A DNA stretch of 64,000 bases. It comes from an uncultured bacterium (GTDB lineage: Bacteria > Poribacteria > WGA-4E > WGA-3G). The notes beneath the pieces are model-generated. The model was not told where the DNA came from, made no database searches, and saw only the letters and a program-made list of their open reading frames with translations. The DNA lies in NCBI GenBank assembly GCA_964523645.1, contig CAZGAW010000009.1, positions 123 to 64,122 of the forward strand, in the 5' to 3' direction. Below, one piece after another: positions 9,715-18,347 of this stretch (positions within the stretch are counted from its first letter, which is position 1; each line of letters begins with the position of its first letter). The translations under genes and the position numbers were made by a program.

Positions 9715-10908
9715 ATGCGTGTGAGAATTTTCATTTTTACCTCAGTTATTCTATCCGCGCTGCTAAGTATCTACCTCTTAGGGTGCGAACGTATCAGCGA
9801 TATAGTTCAATCCGATGCGACAACAACTATGACCGAAACGACCTTAAAAATCGGCGTAATTCAACCGTCAAACACCTTCACCACTTTTAGTCAAGGTGCT
9901 GAAACCGCCCGTGCTCAAATTAACAACGGTGGTGGCGTGCTCGGTATGCAGGTAGAATTCATCAGTCGCAATAATCAACCCGTGGCAACTGAACCGCCAA
10001 CACCGGCAGCGAGTATGAATGCTGCGAATGAACTCATTGAGATGGAGAACGTTTTCGCACTACTGGGTCCCGTTTACTCCAGTAACTCCGTTGAGGTCGG
10101 TCCGATAGCACAACAGGCACAACGGCTCATGCTTCCCGGTTCCAGTGGCGCAAATGTACCAGCAGCGGGAGATTACATCTTTCTCATCACCGTCCCAAAC
10201 CCATTTCAAGGAAAAGTGATGGCGGGTTTCGCCATGAATCCCGATGAACTCGGTGCCACAACAGCGGCGACAATTATCGAGGAAGGCGATGTCTACACCA
10301 CCGATCTCGTACAGGCGTTTGAGGCAGCTTTTCAGGAAATCGGCGGGGAAATTGTCTACAGCGGTGCCTATACCGTAGGTGACACCGCCTTTACTGCACT
10401 GCTCACAGAGATCCACAACGTTCAACCCGATGTCATCTTCTGTCCCGGCTTTCAGCCAGAAGTGCCCTCGTTGATAAGTGAAGCACGCAAAATCGGTATC
10501 ACAGGCACCTTTCTCGGTGGCAGTGCATGGGATGATCGGGAACGCTTTCTCAGCATCTTAGATGATAATACCGTATTGGACGGCAGTTATTATCCGACGA
10601 ATTTCTCTGTAGCCACACAGGACGCAGACGTTCAAGAATTTGTAGGAAGTTACACGACGTTGTTCGGAACTCCACCAGATGGTATCGCTGCGTCGGGTTA
10701 CGATGCGATGCGACTCTTGGCACGTGCCATAGAGAAAGCGGGTTCGCTCGACCCCATTGGAGTCCGCGACGCATTCGCAGCGGTCAGCGGTTACAAAGGT
10801 GCCACAACCATCTCGCACTACGACGAAAACCGGCATCCTGTCAAAAGCCTCACGATTCAAACAATCAGCGGCGGGCAGGTGGAACACTACAAAGTTATAG
10901 AACCGTAA
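9715..10908 (+). CDS. ABC transporter substrate-binding lipoprotein (type-1 periplasmic binding protein, LivK-like)
   Basis: 397 aa with a signal peptide and lipobox LLGC. IGVIQP...LGPVYS has the pattern of the branched-chain amino acid binding family. Confidence 0.7.
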   Translation: MRVRIFIFTSVILSALLSIYLLGCERISDIVQSDATTTMTETTLKIGVIQPSNTFTTFSQGAETARAQINNGGGVLGMQVEFISRNNQPVATEPPTPAASMNAANELIEMENVFALLGPVYSSNSVEVGPIAQQAQRLMLPGSSGANVPAAGDYIFLITVPNPFQGKVMAGFAMNPDELGATTAATIIEEGDVYTTDLVQAFEAAFQEIGGEIVYSGAYTVGDTAFTALLTEIHNVQPDVIFCPGFQPEVPSLISEARKIGITGTFLGGSAWDDRERFLSILDDNTVLDGSYYPTNFSVATQDADVQEFVGSYTTLFGTPPDGIAASGYDAMRLLARAIEKAGSLDPIGVRDAFAAVSGYKGATTISHYDENRHPVKSLTIQTISGGQVEHYKVIEP

Positions 10909-10911
10909 CGT

Positions 10912-11703
10912 ATGACGGATACAACACAGCAGCTAAACCCAACGCGTCCCAAGGCTTTCCTGATTGACCTCGATGGGACGCTCTACTTTAAAGGTGAACC
11001 TTGCCCAGGCGCAATCGAAACCGTCAATTATTTGCGTCAAGAGAAGTATCAACTCCGATTTCTGACGAACACAACTGCCAAAACGCCGAAGATGCTTCAC
11101 GAACAGATGCAAACGTTGGGCTTTGAGGTTTATGCGGATGAGATTTTTAATGCGACTTACGCCTGTCTTCTCTATTTACGCGCACGCCCTGGGGCGAGTT
11201 GCCACTTTATGGTTGACGATGCCGTCAAAACGTTTTTCAAGGAAATACCCACAGACGACCATGCTCCCAATTTTGTGGTTGTTGGGGATTACGGTGAAGG
11301 GTTTGACTTTTACGCTTTAAATCATGCGTTTCGCCTGCTGATGGACGGTGCCGAACTCATTGCTTTACAAAACGGACGCTACTGGTTTTCTCCCGAAGGG
11401 ATACGCCTGGACTGTGGCGCGTTCGTGGTGCTTTTAGAAACTGCCGCAGACAAAACAGCGACGGTCATGGGGAAGCCGAGTAAGACGTTCTTCAAAACTG
11501 TGCTTGATGATCTTCAGGTCGCGCCAAAGGATACTATTGTAATTGGTGACGACATCACTTCCGATATAGCTGGGGCGGAAAGAATGAAAATGCGGAGTAT
11601 CCTCGTCAGGACGGGAAAATTTAAACCGAATCAATTGGAAAACCCTGTTGCGAAACCGACATGGGTGCTTAACAGTATCTCAGCGTTACCGCAACTTTTT
11701 TAA
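10912..11703 (+). CDS. HAD-IIA family hydrolase (NagD-like phosphatase)
   Basis: 263 aa with FLIDLDGTLY (motif I), FLTNT (motif II) and GDDITSDI (motif IV). Confidence 0.75.
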   Translation: MTDTTQQLNPTRPKAFLIDLDGTLYFKGEPCPGAIETVNYLRQEKYQLRFLTNTTAKTPKMLHEQMQTLGFEVYADEIFNATYACLLYLRARPGASCHFMVDDAVKTFFKEIPTDDHAPNFVVVGDYGEGFDFYALNHAFRLLMDGAELIALQNGRYWFSPEGIRLDCGAFVVLLETAADKTATVMGKPSKTFFKTVLDDLQVAPKDTIVIGDDITSDIAGAERMKMRSILVRTGKFKPNQLENPVAKPTWVLNSISALPQLF

Positions 11704-11730
11704 ACACAATGTTTCACATTTCTTCATATA

Positions 11731-11896
11731 GGACTTACGCAGTCTGCTCATTTGAGCATCTGACTTTATAGTTTGTATCTCTTTGTATCTCTTTGTAGCA
11801 CAAACTTTCCAGTTTGTGTCATGTGAGAAAAACGTCTGTATTCTGGAGAGAGTTCCCATCTCACAGGACGTGCTACAACTACAATTGCGTAAGTCC
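11731..11896. mobile_element. MITE-like inverted-repeat element, copy A (166 bp)
   Basis: Termini are GGACTTACGCA and TGCGTAAGTCC, perfect reverse complements. An internal hairpin CACAAACT-ttcc-AGTTTGTG lies at 11799..11818. It carries an internal tandem duplication (tttgtatctc x2) absent from copy B. Confidence 0.65.
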
Positions 11897-11923
11897 TGTC
11901 ACAGAAGTATTGGAGGGACACCC

Positions 11924-12964
11924 ATGGCAAACGCACTCACGCAACTCGGTGTCGTCGGATGCGGATGGGCGGGCCGTCAAGCGATCCAAGCCGCCAACGC
12001 CACCTCTCGCCTGAATGTTATTGCAATCGCTGAACGCGACCCAACGCGCCTCACAGAGGCAGGCGATGAAAGTGCAGTACCACACCGCTATGCCGACTAT
12101 CGCGAACTCCTTGACAACCCCTACGTTGAAGCCGTCTATCTCGCAACATCCCCAGATGGTAGGCTGCAGCAAGTTCTGGACACGCTCAATGCCGGTAAGC
12201 ATGTCTTGGTGCAAAAACCGCACGCAATCCGCGCTCCCGAAATTTTGGAGATGGAAGCGGCAGCACAAGCAGCCGGGAAAACGCTCCAATTCTGTTACTT
12301 TATGCGCCATTTCCCCAACAACCGAAAGATTCGGCGTGCTGTGCTGAACGGCGCAATCGGAGACCTCTTTCACGCCCGTGTCTTCGGAAAATATAACTTC
12401 ATTCCAGACTTTGATGTCAACAGTCGTTGGCTCCACGTCTACGGACAAAAGGGCGGTTCGTTAGGACAACACTATTCGCACGAACTCAATCTCACGTGGT
12501 GGTGGATGGGATGCCCGAAACCGATATGGGCGTTTGCTGCGAAGCATGTGCTTTATCCGCAATACGAAGGACCGGAGGGAGCGGCAGAGGACTATTTCAC
12601 CGGTATCCTCGGATGCGAAGGCGGGAAAACGATTCAGATCGATTGTTCCCGGATGAGCCATTCCGATTCCGCCAGTGTCGTAGAACTTTACGGAACGACA
12701 GGCGCAATTACGAACGGTGGCATCGCGCGATTCAAAGACGGTGAATTCGTCCGAGAAACCGTTGAGGCACCACTCGACATCGATCACGGTGAACTCCCTG
12801 AAGAGGTGCACGTCTTCTACTACGAACTCAACCACTTCGGCATGGCAATCACGGGTGAGGTGGCACCCGATGTCTCTGCACCCGATGCCTACACCTTCAT
12901 GCAAATTTTGGACGCACTCTACGACAGCGCAAAGAGTGGCGAGAAAGTTTATATCTCCGCATAG
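11924..12964 (+). CDS. Gfo/Idh/MocA family oxidoreductase
   Basis: The track ORF starts at 11783 inside the MITE. The real start is probably MANALTQLGVVGCGWAGRQ at 11924 (Rossmann GxGxxG), followed by a VLVQKP motif. Confidence 0.75.
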   Translation: MANALTQLGVVGCGWAGRQAIQAANATSRLNVIAIAERDPTRLTEAGDESAVPHRYADYRELLDNPYVEAVYLATSPDGRLQQVLDTLNAGKHVLVQKPHAIRAPEILEMEAAAQAAGKTLQFCYFMRHFPNNRKIRRAVLNGAIGDLFHARVFGKYNFIPDFDVNSRWLHVYGQKGGSLGQHYSHELNLTWWWMGCPKPIWAFAAKHVLYPQYEGPEGAAEDYFTGILGCEGGKTIQIDCSRMSHSDSASVVELYGTTGAITNGGIARFKDGEFVRETVEAPLDIDHGELPEEVHVFYYELNHFGMAITGEVAPDVSAPDAYTFMQILDALYDSAKSGEKVYISA

Positions 12965-12985
12965 CAGCGAACCCTGAAATAACCT

Positions 12986-13014
12986 TTGACAAAAACTTTC
13001 TCTGCTGTTAATCT
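12986..13014 (+). promoter_or_regulatory. Candidate promoter (TTGACA-17-TAATCT)
   Basis: Read directly upstream of the first tandem paralog. Confidence 0.3.
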
Positions 13015-13086
13015 GATACAGGCTGTACTGATTTTTCAGCCTACAGCTTCGACCTTTCCTATCAAAAACACTTGGGAGACTGTTCC

Positions 13087-14133
13087 ATGTATAAAACTGC
13101 GATGTTGGGATGTGGGGGGCGCGCCCGTGGACATGCAGATGCGTATCGCTTCGTCAAACGCGGGAAACTCGCCGCAATCTGCGATATGAACGAAGAACGA
13201 CTTAACAACTTCGGGGATGAATTCGGAATCCCCTCCCGTTACACCGACTTGGGCGAGATGCTTGAAAAAGAGAAACCCGACCTCCTCCACATCGTCACAA
13301 GTCCCGTAGTTCCGAATAGCAACGAACAGATCCGTTACCCCTTGATGAAACAGGCATCCGACCACGGTGTGCCAGCGGCAATTGTTGAGAAACCGATCGC
13401 TATTGAAGCCGAAGACTGGAAACAGATTAGGGGGTTAGCAGCGGAAACCAAAACGAAATTCGTCGTCAATACACAACTCGACTTCCACCCGAAAAATCTG
13501 GAACTCAAAAGAGATGTCGCAGAAGGACGGATCGGCGAGATTCGGTTTATTGATGCCAGTACGCGGAGTAGGCCCTCCGAGCAGGGAGGACATGTACTAC
13601 AGTTGGTGTCCTCTTACATTGACAACGCGCCTCCAGTGCGGGTGCTTGGACAAATCTCTGGAAAACAGGATTTAAATGCTGCGCCCGGGGGACATCCGTC
13701 TCCGACGCATGCGGTCGCTCACGTTTTGCATGAAAATGGTGTCCACGTCTCTCTCGCATTTGGAACAGAGATGGCACAAAAGGCATTTGAGGACGCCAAC
13801 ATCTACAGGCACAAACGTGTTTTTGTGGTTGGGACGAAGGGCTTCGTGCATTGGCGATTCAGCAGCTGGGAACGCTCAACATTAGATGGCGGCTATGAGG
13901 GCGGGCCGCTGAACTATGAAGAACAGGATGTCGTTGCACAGGGTAACTTCACGGAAGCCATTTTTGATTGGTTAGACGATGAAAGCAACGTGCATCCAAC
14001 GCATCTCAAGCAATCGCTCATTGAGAATAACATCATCTTAGGGATGTACTACAGCGGGATAACAAATGAGATTATCGAACTTCCATTTGAACCCCCCGAT
14101 GGACTCATGGACATGCTCCGAGAAAAGTTGTAA
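13087..14133 (+). CDS. Gfo/Idh/MocA-like oxidoreductase, tandem paralog 1
   Basis: Starts MYKTAMLGCGGRARGHADAYRF and contains IVEKP. It aligns along its full length with the next two genes. Confidence 0.7.
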   Translation: MYKTAMLGCGGRARGHADAYRFVKRGKLAAICDMNEERLNNFGDEFGIPSRYTDLGEMLEKEKPDLLHIVTSPVVPNSNEQIRYPLMKQASDHGVPAAIVEKPIAIEAEDWKQIRGLAAETKTKFVVNTQLDFHPKNLELKRDVAEGRIGEIRFIDASTRSRPSEQGGHVLQLVSSYIDNAPPVRVLGQISGKQDLNAAPGGHPSPTHAVAHVLHENGVHVSLAFGTEMAQKAFEDANIYRHKRVFVVGTKGFVHWRFSSWERSTLDGGYEGGPLNYEEQDVVAQGNFTEAIFDWLDDESNVHPTHLKQSLIENNIILGMYYSGITNEIIELPFEPPDGLMDMLREKL

Positions 14134-14240
14134 CTTGGAATAAATCTGTGTTGTGGGATGAGAGGTCTGCGTACCTTCGTCCTGCGCTACGTTTTGGTGC
14201 GCTGCTGGCGTGCCATTTTAACATTAGAGGAGAGAACCTC

Positions 14241-15278
14241 ATGTATAAAACTGCGTTCTTAGGGTGTGGCGGTCGCGCTCGCGCCCATGCAAGCGCCTAT
14301 CGGTTCGTCAAACGCGGCAACATCGCCGCAATCTGCGATATGAATGAAGAACTACTCAACAGTTTTGGAGACGATTTTGGGGTTTCATCACGCTACACCG
14401 ACCTTGATGAGATGCTTGAGAAAGAAAAACCGGATGTCCTTCACATCGTCACCGCACCCGTGCTGCGTGGGACGAATCAACGCATCCGATATTCGTTGAT
14501 GAAACAGGCATCTGACCACGGCGTGCCAGCGGCAATCGTCGAAAAACCGATTGCCGTTGAAAGCGAAGATTGGAAACAGATTGCCGGATTGGCGGAAGAA
14601 ACGCAAACGAAATTCGTCGTCAATACGCAACTCAACTTCCATCCACAAAACTTGGAACTCAAACGGGATGTCGCAGAAGGGCGTATTGGTGAGATTAAGT
14701 TCATTGATGCCAGTGCGCGCAGCACCCCAGTTGACCAAGCACCGCATGTGCTACAGTTAGTATCCTCCTATATTGACAACTCACGCCCGGTCGGTGTGCT
14801 GGGTCAAATCTCAGGGAGAGAACAGTTAGACTCTGCACAGCCGTCTCCGATGCATGCCGCGGGGCAAGCCATATATGAGAACGGTCTCCATGTATCGCTT
14901 GCGTTTGGGACTGGTATGGGAACGTTAGCATCAGATAGCGAGAGCACTGTTGCGCATAAACGTGTTTTTGTCGTCGGCACGAAAGGTTTTGTGCATTGGC
15001 GGTTCAGCAGTTGGGAACGCGCGACCCCAGAAGATGGATACGAAGGCGGTCCACTGAACTATGGCGAACAAGACATCGCTGCACAAGGCAACCTCACGGA
15101 GGCTGTCTTTGATTGGCTCGACGATGAGAACAACGTACACCCGACGCATCTCAAGCAATCACTCGCGGAGTTCAATCTTCTTCTCGGTCTTTATTACAGC
15201 GGAATAACAAACGAGATTATTGACCTACCGTTTGAACCGCCCGACGGATTGATGGACTCGCTCCGAGAGAAATTGTAA
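14241..15278 (+). CDS. Gfo/Idh/MocA-like oxidoreductase, tandem paralog 2
   Basis: The track ORF starts at 14148. The ATG at 14241 follows AGAGGAGAG and gives MYKTAFLGCGGRARAHASAYRF, co-linear with paralogs 1 and 3. Confidence 0.7.
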   Translation: MYKTAFLGCGGRARAHASAYRFVKRGNIAAICDMNEELLNSFGDDFGVSSRYTDLDEMLEKEKPDVLHIVTAPVLRGTNQRIRYSLMKQASDHGVPAAIVEKPIAVESEDWKQIAGLAEETQTKFVVNTQLNFHPQNLELKRDVAEGRIGEIKFIDASARSTPVDQAPHVLQLVSSYIDNSRPVGVLGQISGREQLDSAQPSPMHAAGQAIYENGLHVSLAFGTGMGTLASDSESTVAHKRVFVVGTKGFVHWRFSSWERATPEDGYEGGPLNYGEQDIAAQGNLTEAVFDWLDDENNVHPTHLKQSLAEFNLLLGLYYSGITNEIIDLPFEPPDGLMDSLREKL

Positions 15279-15334
15279 ACCAGTAAGCGTAACGGCAGGT
15301 GAGACATCAGCCTGCCGTACATTACCTCAAAAGA

Positions 15335-15364
15335 TTGACATACCTCCCCAATCTGTGCTATAAT
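15335..15364 (+). promoter_or_regulatory. Near-consensus promoter (TTGACA-18-TATAAT)
   Basis: Read directly, 40 nt upstream of the Rpn-like gene remnant. Confidence 0.45.
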
Positions 15365-15403
15365 TTCCAAAAAGAGACACGCTAAAACTATAAAAGGAAT
15401 GAA

Positions 15404-15816
15404 ATGGCAAGTTTTGATACTGCCTCTAAGCCAACAAGCCAGAGTATCTTGGAAGTCTTGCAGTCTTAGGGAATTTAATCTACGATGCGCAAACGATTTT
15501 AGAGATTATTTCGGAGGAAACCATGCAACAATCTTCTATCGCTGAATACTTAGCACCAGAAGCACGTGAACAAGGAATCCAACAAGGAATCCAACAAGGA
15601 ATCCAACAAGGAATCCAACGGGGTGTGAGAGAGAGCACTCGTGAGAACATCCTTGAAATTCTAGCGATCCGTTTACAACCCGATACAGCGGAAACCTTCA
15701 AACCGACGCTGGAAGCGATCGATGATCTGCAACGTCTCAAGCAGTTGCATCGCGCCGCGATACTTGCAGAAAGTCCAGAAGATTTTACGCAAGCGTTGAA
15801 CGAAAAAAACAAATGA
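15404..15816 (+). pseudogene. Remnant of an Rpn/DUF4351-type gene (C-terminal part only, frame-broken)
   Basis: A 21-codon ORF runs 15404..15469. From 15430 a second frame reads ...LAVLGNLIYDAQTILEIISEETMQQSSIAEYLAPEAREQGIQQGIQQGIQQGIQRG.... This matches the C-terminal half of Rpn/DUF4351-type proteins. No nuclease core is present. Confidence 0.5.
15571..15618 (+). repeat. Perfect 12-bp tandem repeat x4 (caaggaatccaa), encoding (QGIQ)4
   Basis: Read directly. It lies in frame within the Rpn-like remnant. The antisense frame produces the WIPC repeat of the shadow ORF 15480..15812. Confidence 0.9.
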
Positions 15817-15877
15817 ACCTACTGGCATTTCCACAAATTATTTTGCTTAACATTAGAATATTAAAGGAGACATATCT

Positions 15878-16915
15878 GTGTATAAAACCGCAATGTTAGG
15901 GTGCGGTGGTCGCGCCCGTGCACACGCTGATGCGTATCGCTTCGTCAAAAACGGTAAACTCGCCGCAATCTGTGACATGAACACTGAACTACTCAATAGT
16001 TTCGGAGACGACTTCGGCATATCCTCCCGTTACACCGACTTGGATGAAATGCTTGAAAAAGAGAAACCCGATGTCCTCCATATCGTCACCGCACCCGTGC
16101 TGCGCGGTAGCAACGAACGGATCCGCTACCCGTTGATGAAACAAGCCTCGGATGCCGGGGTGCCAGCGGCGATTGTGGAAAAACCGATTGCCGTTGAAAG
16201 CGAGGACTGGAAGCAAATTTCGGGACTTTCCAAAGAGACAAAAACGAAGTTCGTCGTCAACACACAACTCAACTTCCATCCACAAAATCTGGAATTGAAA
16301 GCAGATGTGGCGGCAGGACGTATCGGCGAGATTAAGTTTATTGACGCGAGTGCACGCAGCACGCCGGTTGACCAAGGTCCGCATGTCCTTCAGTTGGTAT
16401 CCTCCTACATTGACAACTCCCGCCCAGTGCGAGTACTCGGTCAAATCTCTGGTGCCGAACACTTAGATTCAGCACAACCCTCTCCGCAATATGCGAGTGC
16501 GCGCGTCCAGTATGAGAATGGACTTCATGTCTCTGTTGCATTCGGCACAGCCATCGCACCGACTGCGTCCGATGACCCAGTCGTCTTTTTCCACAAACGC
16601 GTTTTCGTCATTGGAACCGACGGGTTTGTGCATTGGCGGTTCAGTAGTTGGGAACGCTCAACTCGAGAGAACGGTTATGAGGGCGGTCCACTCAGCTACG
16701 GAGAACAGGATGTCGCCGCGCAAGGTAATCTCACGGAGGCAGTCTTTGATTGGCTCGACGACGAAAGCAAGGTACATCCCACCCATCTTGAACAATCGCT
16801 TGCAGAGTTTAATCTACTCTTGGGAATTTACTATAGCGGTATCACGAACGAGGTAATTGAACTTCCTTTTAATCCACCAGATGGTCTGATGGATCAATTG
16901 AGAGCCAAACTATAG
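15878..16915 (+). CDS. Gfo/Idh/MocA-like oxidoreductase, tandem paralog 3
   Basis: GTG start after AAAGGAG. The protein starts MYKTAMLGCGGRARAHADAYRF and is co-linear with paralogs 1 and 2. Confidence 0.7.
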   Translation: MYKTAMLGCGGRARAHADAYRFVKNGKLAAICDMNTELLNSFGDDFGISSRYTDLDEMLEKEKPDVLHIVTAPVLRGSNERIRYPLMKQASDAGVPAAIVEKPIAVESEDWKQISGLSKETKTKFVVNTQLNFHPQNLELKADVAAGRIGEIKFIDASARSTPVDQGPHVLQLVSSYIDNSRPVRVLGQISGAEHLDSAQPSPQYASARVQYENGLHVSVAFGTAIAPTASDDPVVFFHKRVFVIGTDGFVHWRFSSWERSTRENGYEGGPLSYGEQDVAAQGNLTEAVFDWLDDESKVHPTHLEQSLAEFNLLLGIYYSGITNEVIELPFNPPDGLMDQLRAKL

Positions 16916-16961
16916 GGGCTGTGTCCCCTCTTTACACCGTATTCCGCTTTCATCAACCTAA

Positions 16962-16981
16962 GGCGAGGCTTCTGCCTCGCC
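16962..16981. repeat. REP-like GC hairpin (GGCGAGGC-ttct-GCCTCGCC), variant of the GGCGAGGTT family
   Basis: Perfect 8-bp palindrome read directly, just downstream of paralog 3. Confidence 0.6.
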
Positions 16982-17015
16982 AACCTCCGCCAACCCCGAC
17001 ATTCACACCTTAGAA

Positions 17016-17261
17016 ATGAAAAAGGGCGATCTACTCGTTTTTAACAATTTGGTATTCCACCGATCATTAGTTAATAACAGCAATAGCATCCGTTGGTCGG
17101 TGGACTTTCGGTTCAGTCCAACGGGTACCTCGTTAAACAGACTCTGGCACGAAGCGATTGCATGTCCTGCTCGCGCGAACGCAAATCAACAGCGTCCGAC
17201 ATCATGGCAAACATGGCACGCTCAATGGGAAGCCAGCCCCCACAAAAACAGATTTGTTTAA
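17016..17261 (+). pseudogene. 5'-truncated phytanoyl-CoA dioxygenase (PhyH) family fragment
   Basis: The 81-aa ORF begins KGDLLVFNNLVFHRSLVNNSNSIRWSVDFRF. This aligns with GDALVFHNLTLHRSLPHTTSEIVRWAIDIRY of the intact PhyH at 51117..51974. The N-terminal roughly 200 aa are absent. Confidence 0.55.
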
Positions 17262-17295
17262 TCCATTCGCTAAAATTTCCAGTCTTAAAGAGTAG

Positions 17296-17324
17296 TTGTA
17301 TTTCCACGTTCTGTATGCTATGAT
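17296..17324 (+). promoter_or_regulatory. Candidate promoter (TTGTAT-17-TATGAT)
   Basis: Read directly, about 90 nt upstream of the first LamG gene. Confidence 0.3.
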
Positions 17325-17414
17325 TTGCAAGTATACACAACTCAGAATTGCTTCAGAAGAATTGGGGAAAGTCCAAAGTTTGTCGGTTCTTCTAACAACC
17401 TATAGGAGATTATC

Positions 17415-18173
17415 TTGTTAAACTCAAGAATTATCACATTTATCCTTAGTGCGCTGCTCATATTGGGTGGTAGTCTGCTCAGCTCCGCAGAAATCACTGA
17501 AGACATGATTACGGCAGCATGGCTGTTTGATGGCGATGCCGCAGATGTATCTGGAAACGGATTTGATGGTGAGTTAGAAGGAGGTAAATTTGTTGGCGGT
17601 CAATTTGGAGACGCACTCGAATTGAACGGTAAAAGCGAGTGGGTCGAAATTCCGAAAAGGATCGGCGAATTTGAAGAAATTACCTTCGCACACTGGGTCA
17701 AATCCACAGGACGCGAAGGCGCGTGGCGCGTTTTCTTCAATGTCAACGGTTGGAAAGCCGGGGACATCCATTACCAGATGCACCCGAACAATAAAGTCGA
17801 GTTCTCCATTCACAGTAATCCGGGTGGAAACGACACTTTTGCGAACTATATGTTGGCAGGCGATGAAATGGATAAATGGGTCCATATCGCGACCGCCTAC
17901 AGTGCCAAGGAGAAGAAGATTCGCTTTTTCGTTAACGGCGAACTTGATATCGAAAACGATTGGGGTGGAAATCCTGGTGTCCTTGATCCGGCTCGGATTG
18001 GCGACTGGAACCAAAGCAGACAATGGGAAGGACTGATTGACGAGTTCATCATCTTCAACACTTTCCTTGATGAAGATGACGTACAAGCGGTTATGAATGA
18101 CGGTTTCGAGACGACACTCGCCGTGGACGCAAAACAGAAGCTGGCTGTCACGTGGGGTAGTCTAAAAAAATAA
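17415..18173 (+). CDS. Secreted LamG (Laminin_G_3 / ConA-like) domain protein with conserved C-terminal tail
   Basis: TTG start after AGGAG, then a signal peptide. LamG_3 pattern: WLFDGDA.D.SGNG..G...GGKFV.G.FGDALELNG...WVHIA...FFVNGEL...IDEFIIFN. The tail is LAVDAKQKLAVTWGSLKK. Confidence 0.75.
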   Translation: MLNSRIITFILSALLILGGSLLSSAEITEDMITAAWLFDGDAADVSGNGFDGELEGGKFVGGQFGDALELNGKSEWVEIPKRIGEFEEITFAHWVKSTGREGAWRVFFNVNGWKAGDIHYQMHPNNKVEFSIHSNPGGNDTFANYMLAGDEMDKWVHIATAYSAKEKKIRFFVNGELDIENDWGGNPGVLDPARIGDWNQSRQWEGLIDEFIIFNTFLDEDDVQAVMNDGFETTLAVDAKQKLAVTWGSLKK

Positions 18174-18181
18174 AAAAAATA

Positions 18182-18304
18182 GGACTTACGCAGTCTGCTT
18201 ATTTGTAGCACAAACTTTCCAGTTTGTGTCAGAAGAACCTGTGTATTTTTGCAAGAGTTCCCATCTCACAGGACGTGCTATGGAAACCACAATTGCGTAA
18301 GGCC
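18182..18304. mobile_element. MITE-like inverted-repeat element, copy B (123 bp)
   Basis: Same termini as copy A (GGACTTACGCAG and TGCGTAAGgCC). It shares the hairpin (18208..18229) and the GAGTTCCCATCTCACAGGACGTGCTA core. Confidence 0.65.
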
Positions 18305-18347
18305 TGAAAGAAACGATTATCAAATCGTTTTTAAAAGAGGAGATAAT

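Noticed and set aside
11783-11923. N-terminal extensions of track ORFs that run through the MITE-like elements (11783 start, 18249 start, and the 63-aa ORF 19966..20157 reading ...VAQTFQFV...).
   Set aside because: The shared VAQTFQFV peptide is just the translation of the repeated hairpin. Proper starts with an RBS and conserved N-termini lie downstream, at 11924 and 18348.
14148-14240. 31-codon N-terminal extension of paralog 2 (MLWDERSAYLRPALRFGALLACHFNIRGENL).
   Set aside because: Paralogs 1 and 3 both begin at MYKTA. The ATG at 14241 has a strong AGAGGAGAG RBS, and the extension has no counterpart in the other copies.
15480-15812. 110-aa minus-strand ORF with a WIPCWIPCWIPCWIPC repeat.
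   Set aside because: It is the antisense reading of the 12-bp x4 repeat. The plus-strand frame matches a known protein-family C-terminus (Rpn/DUF4351-like).
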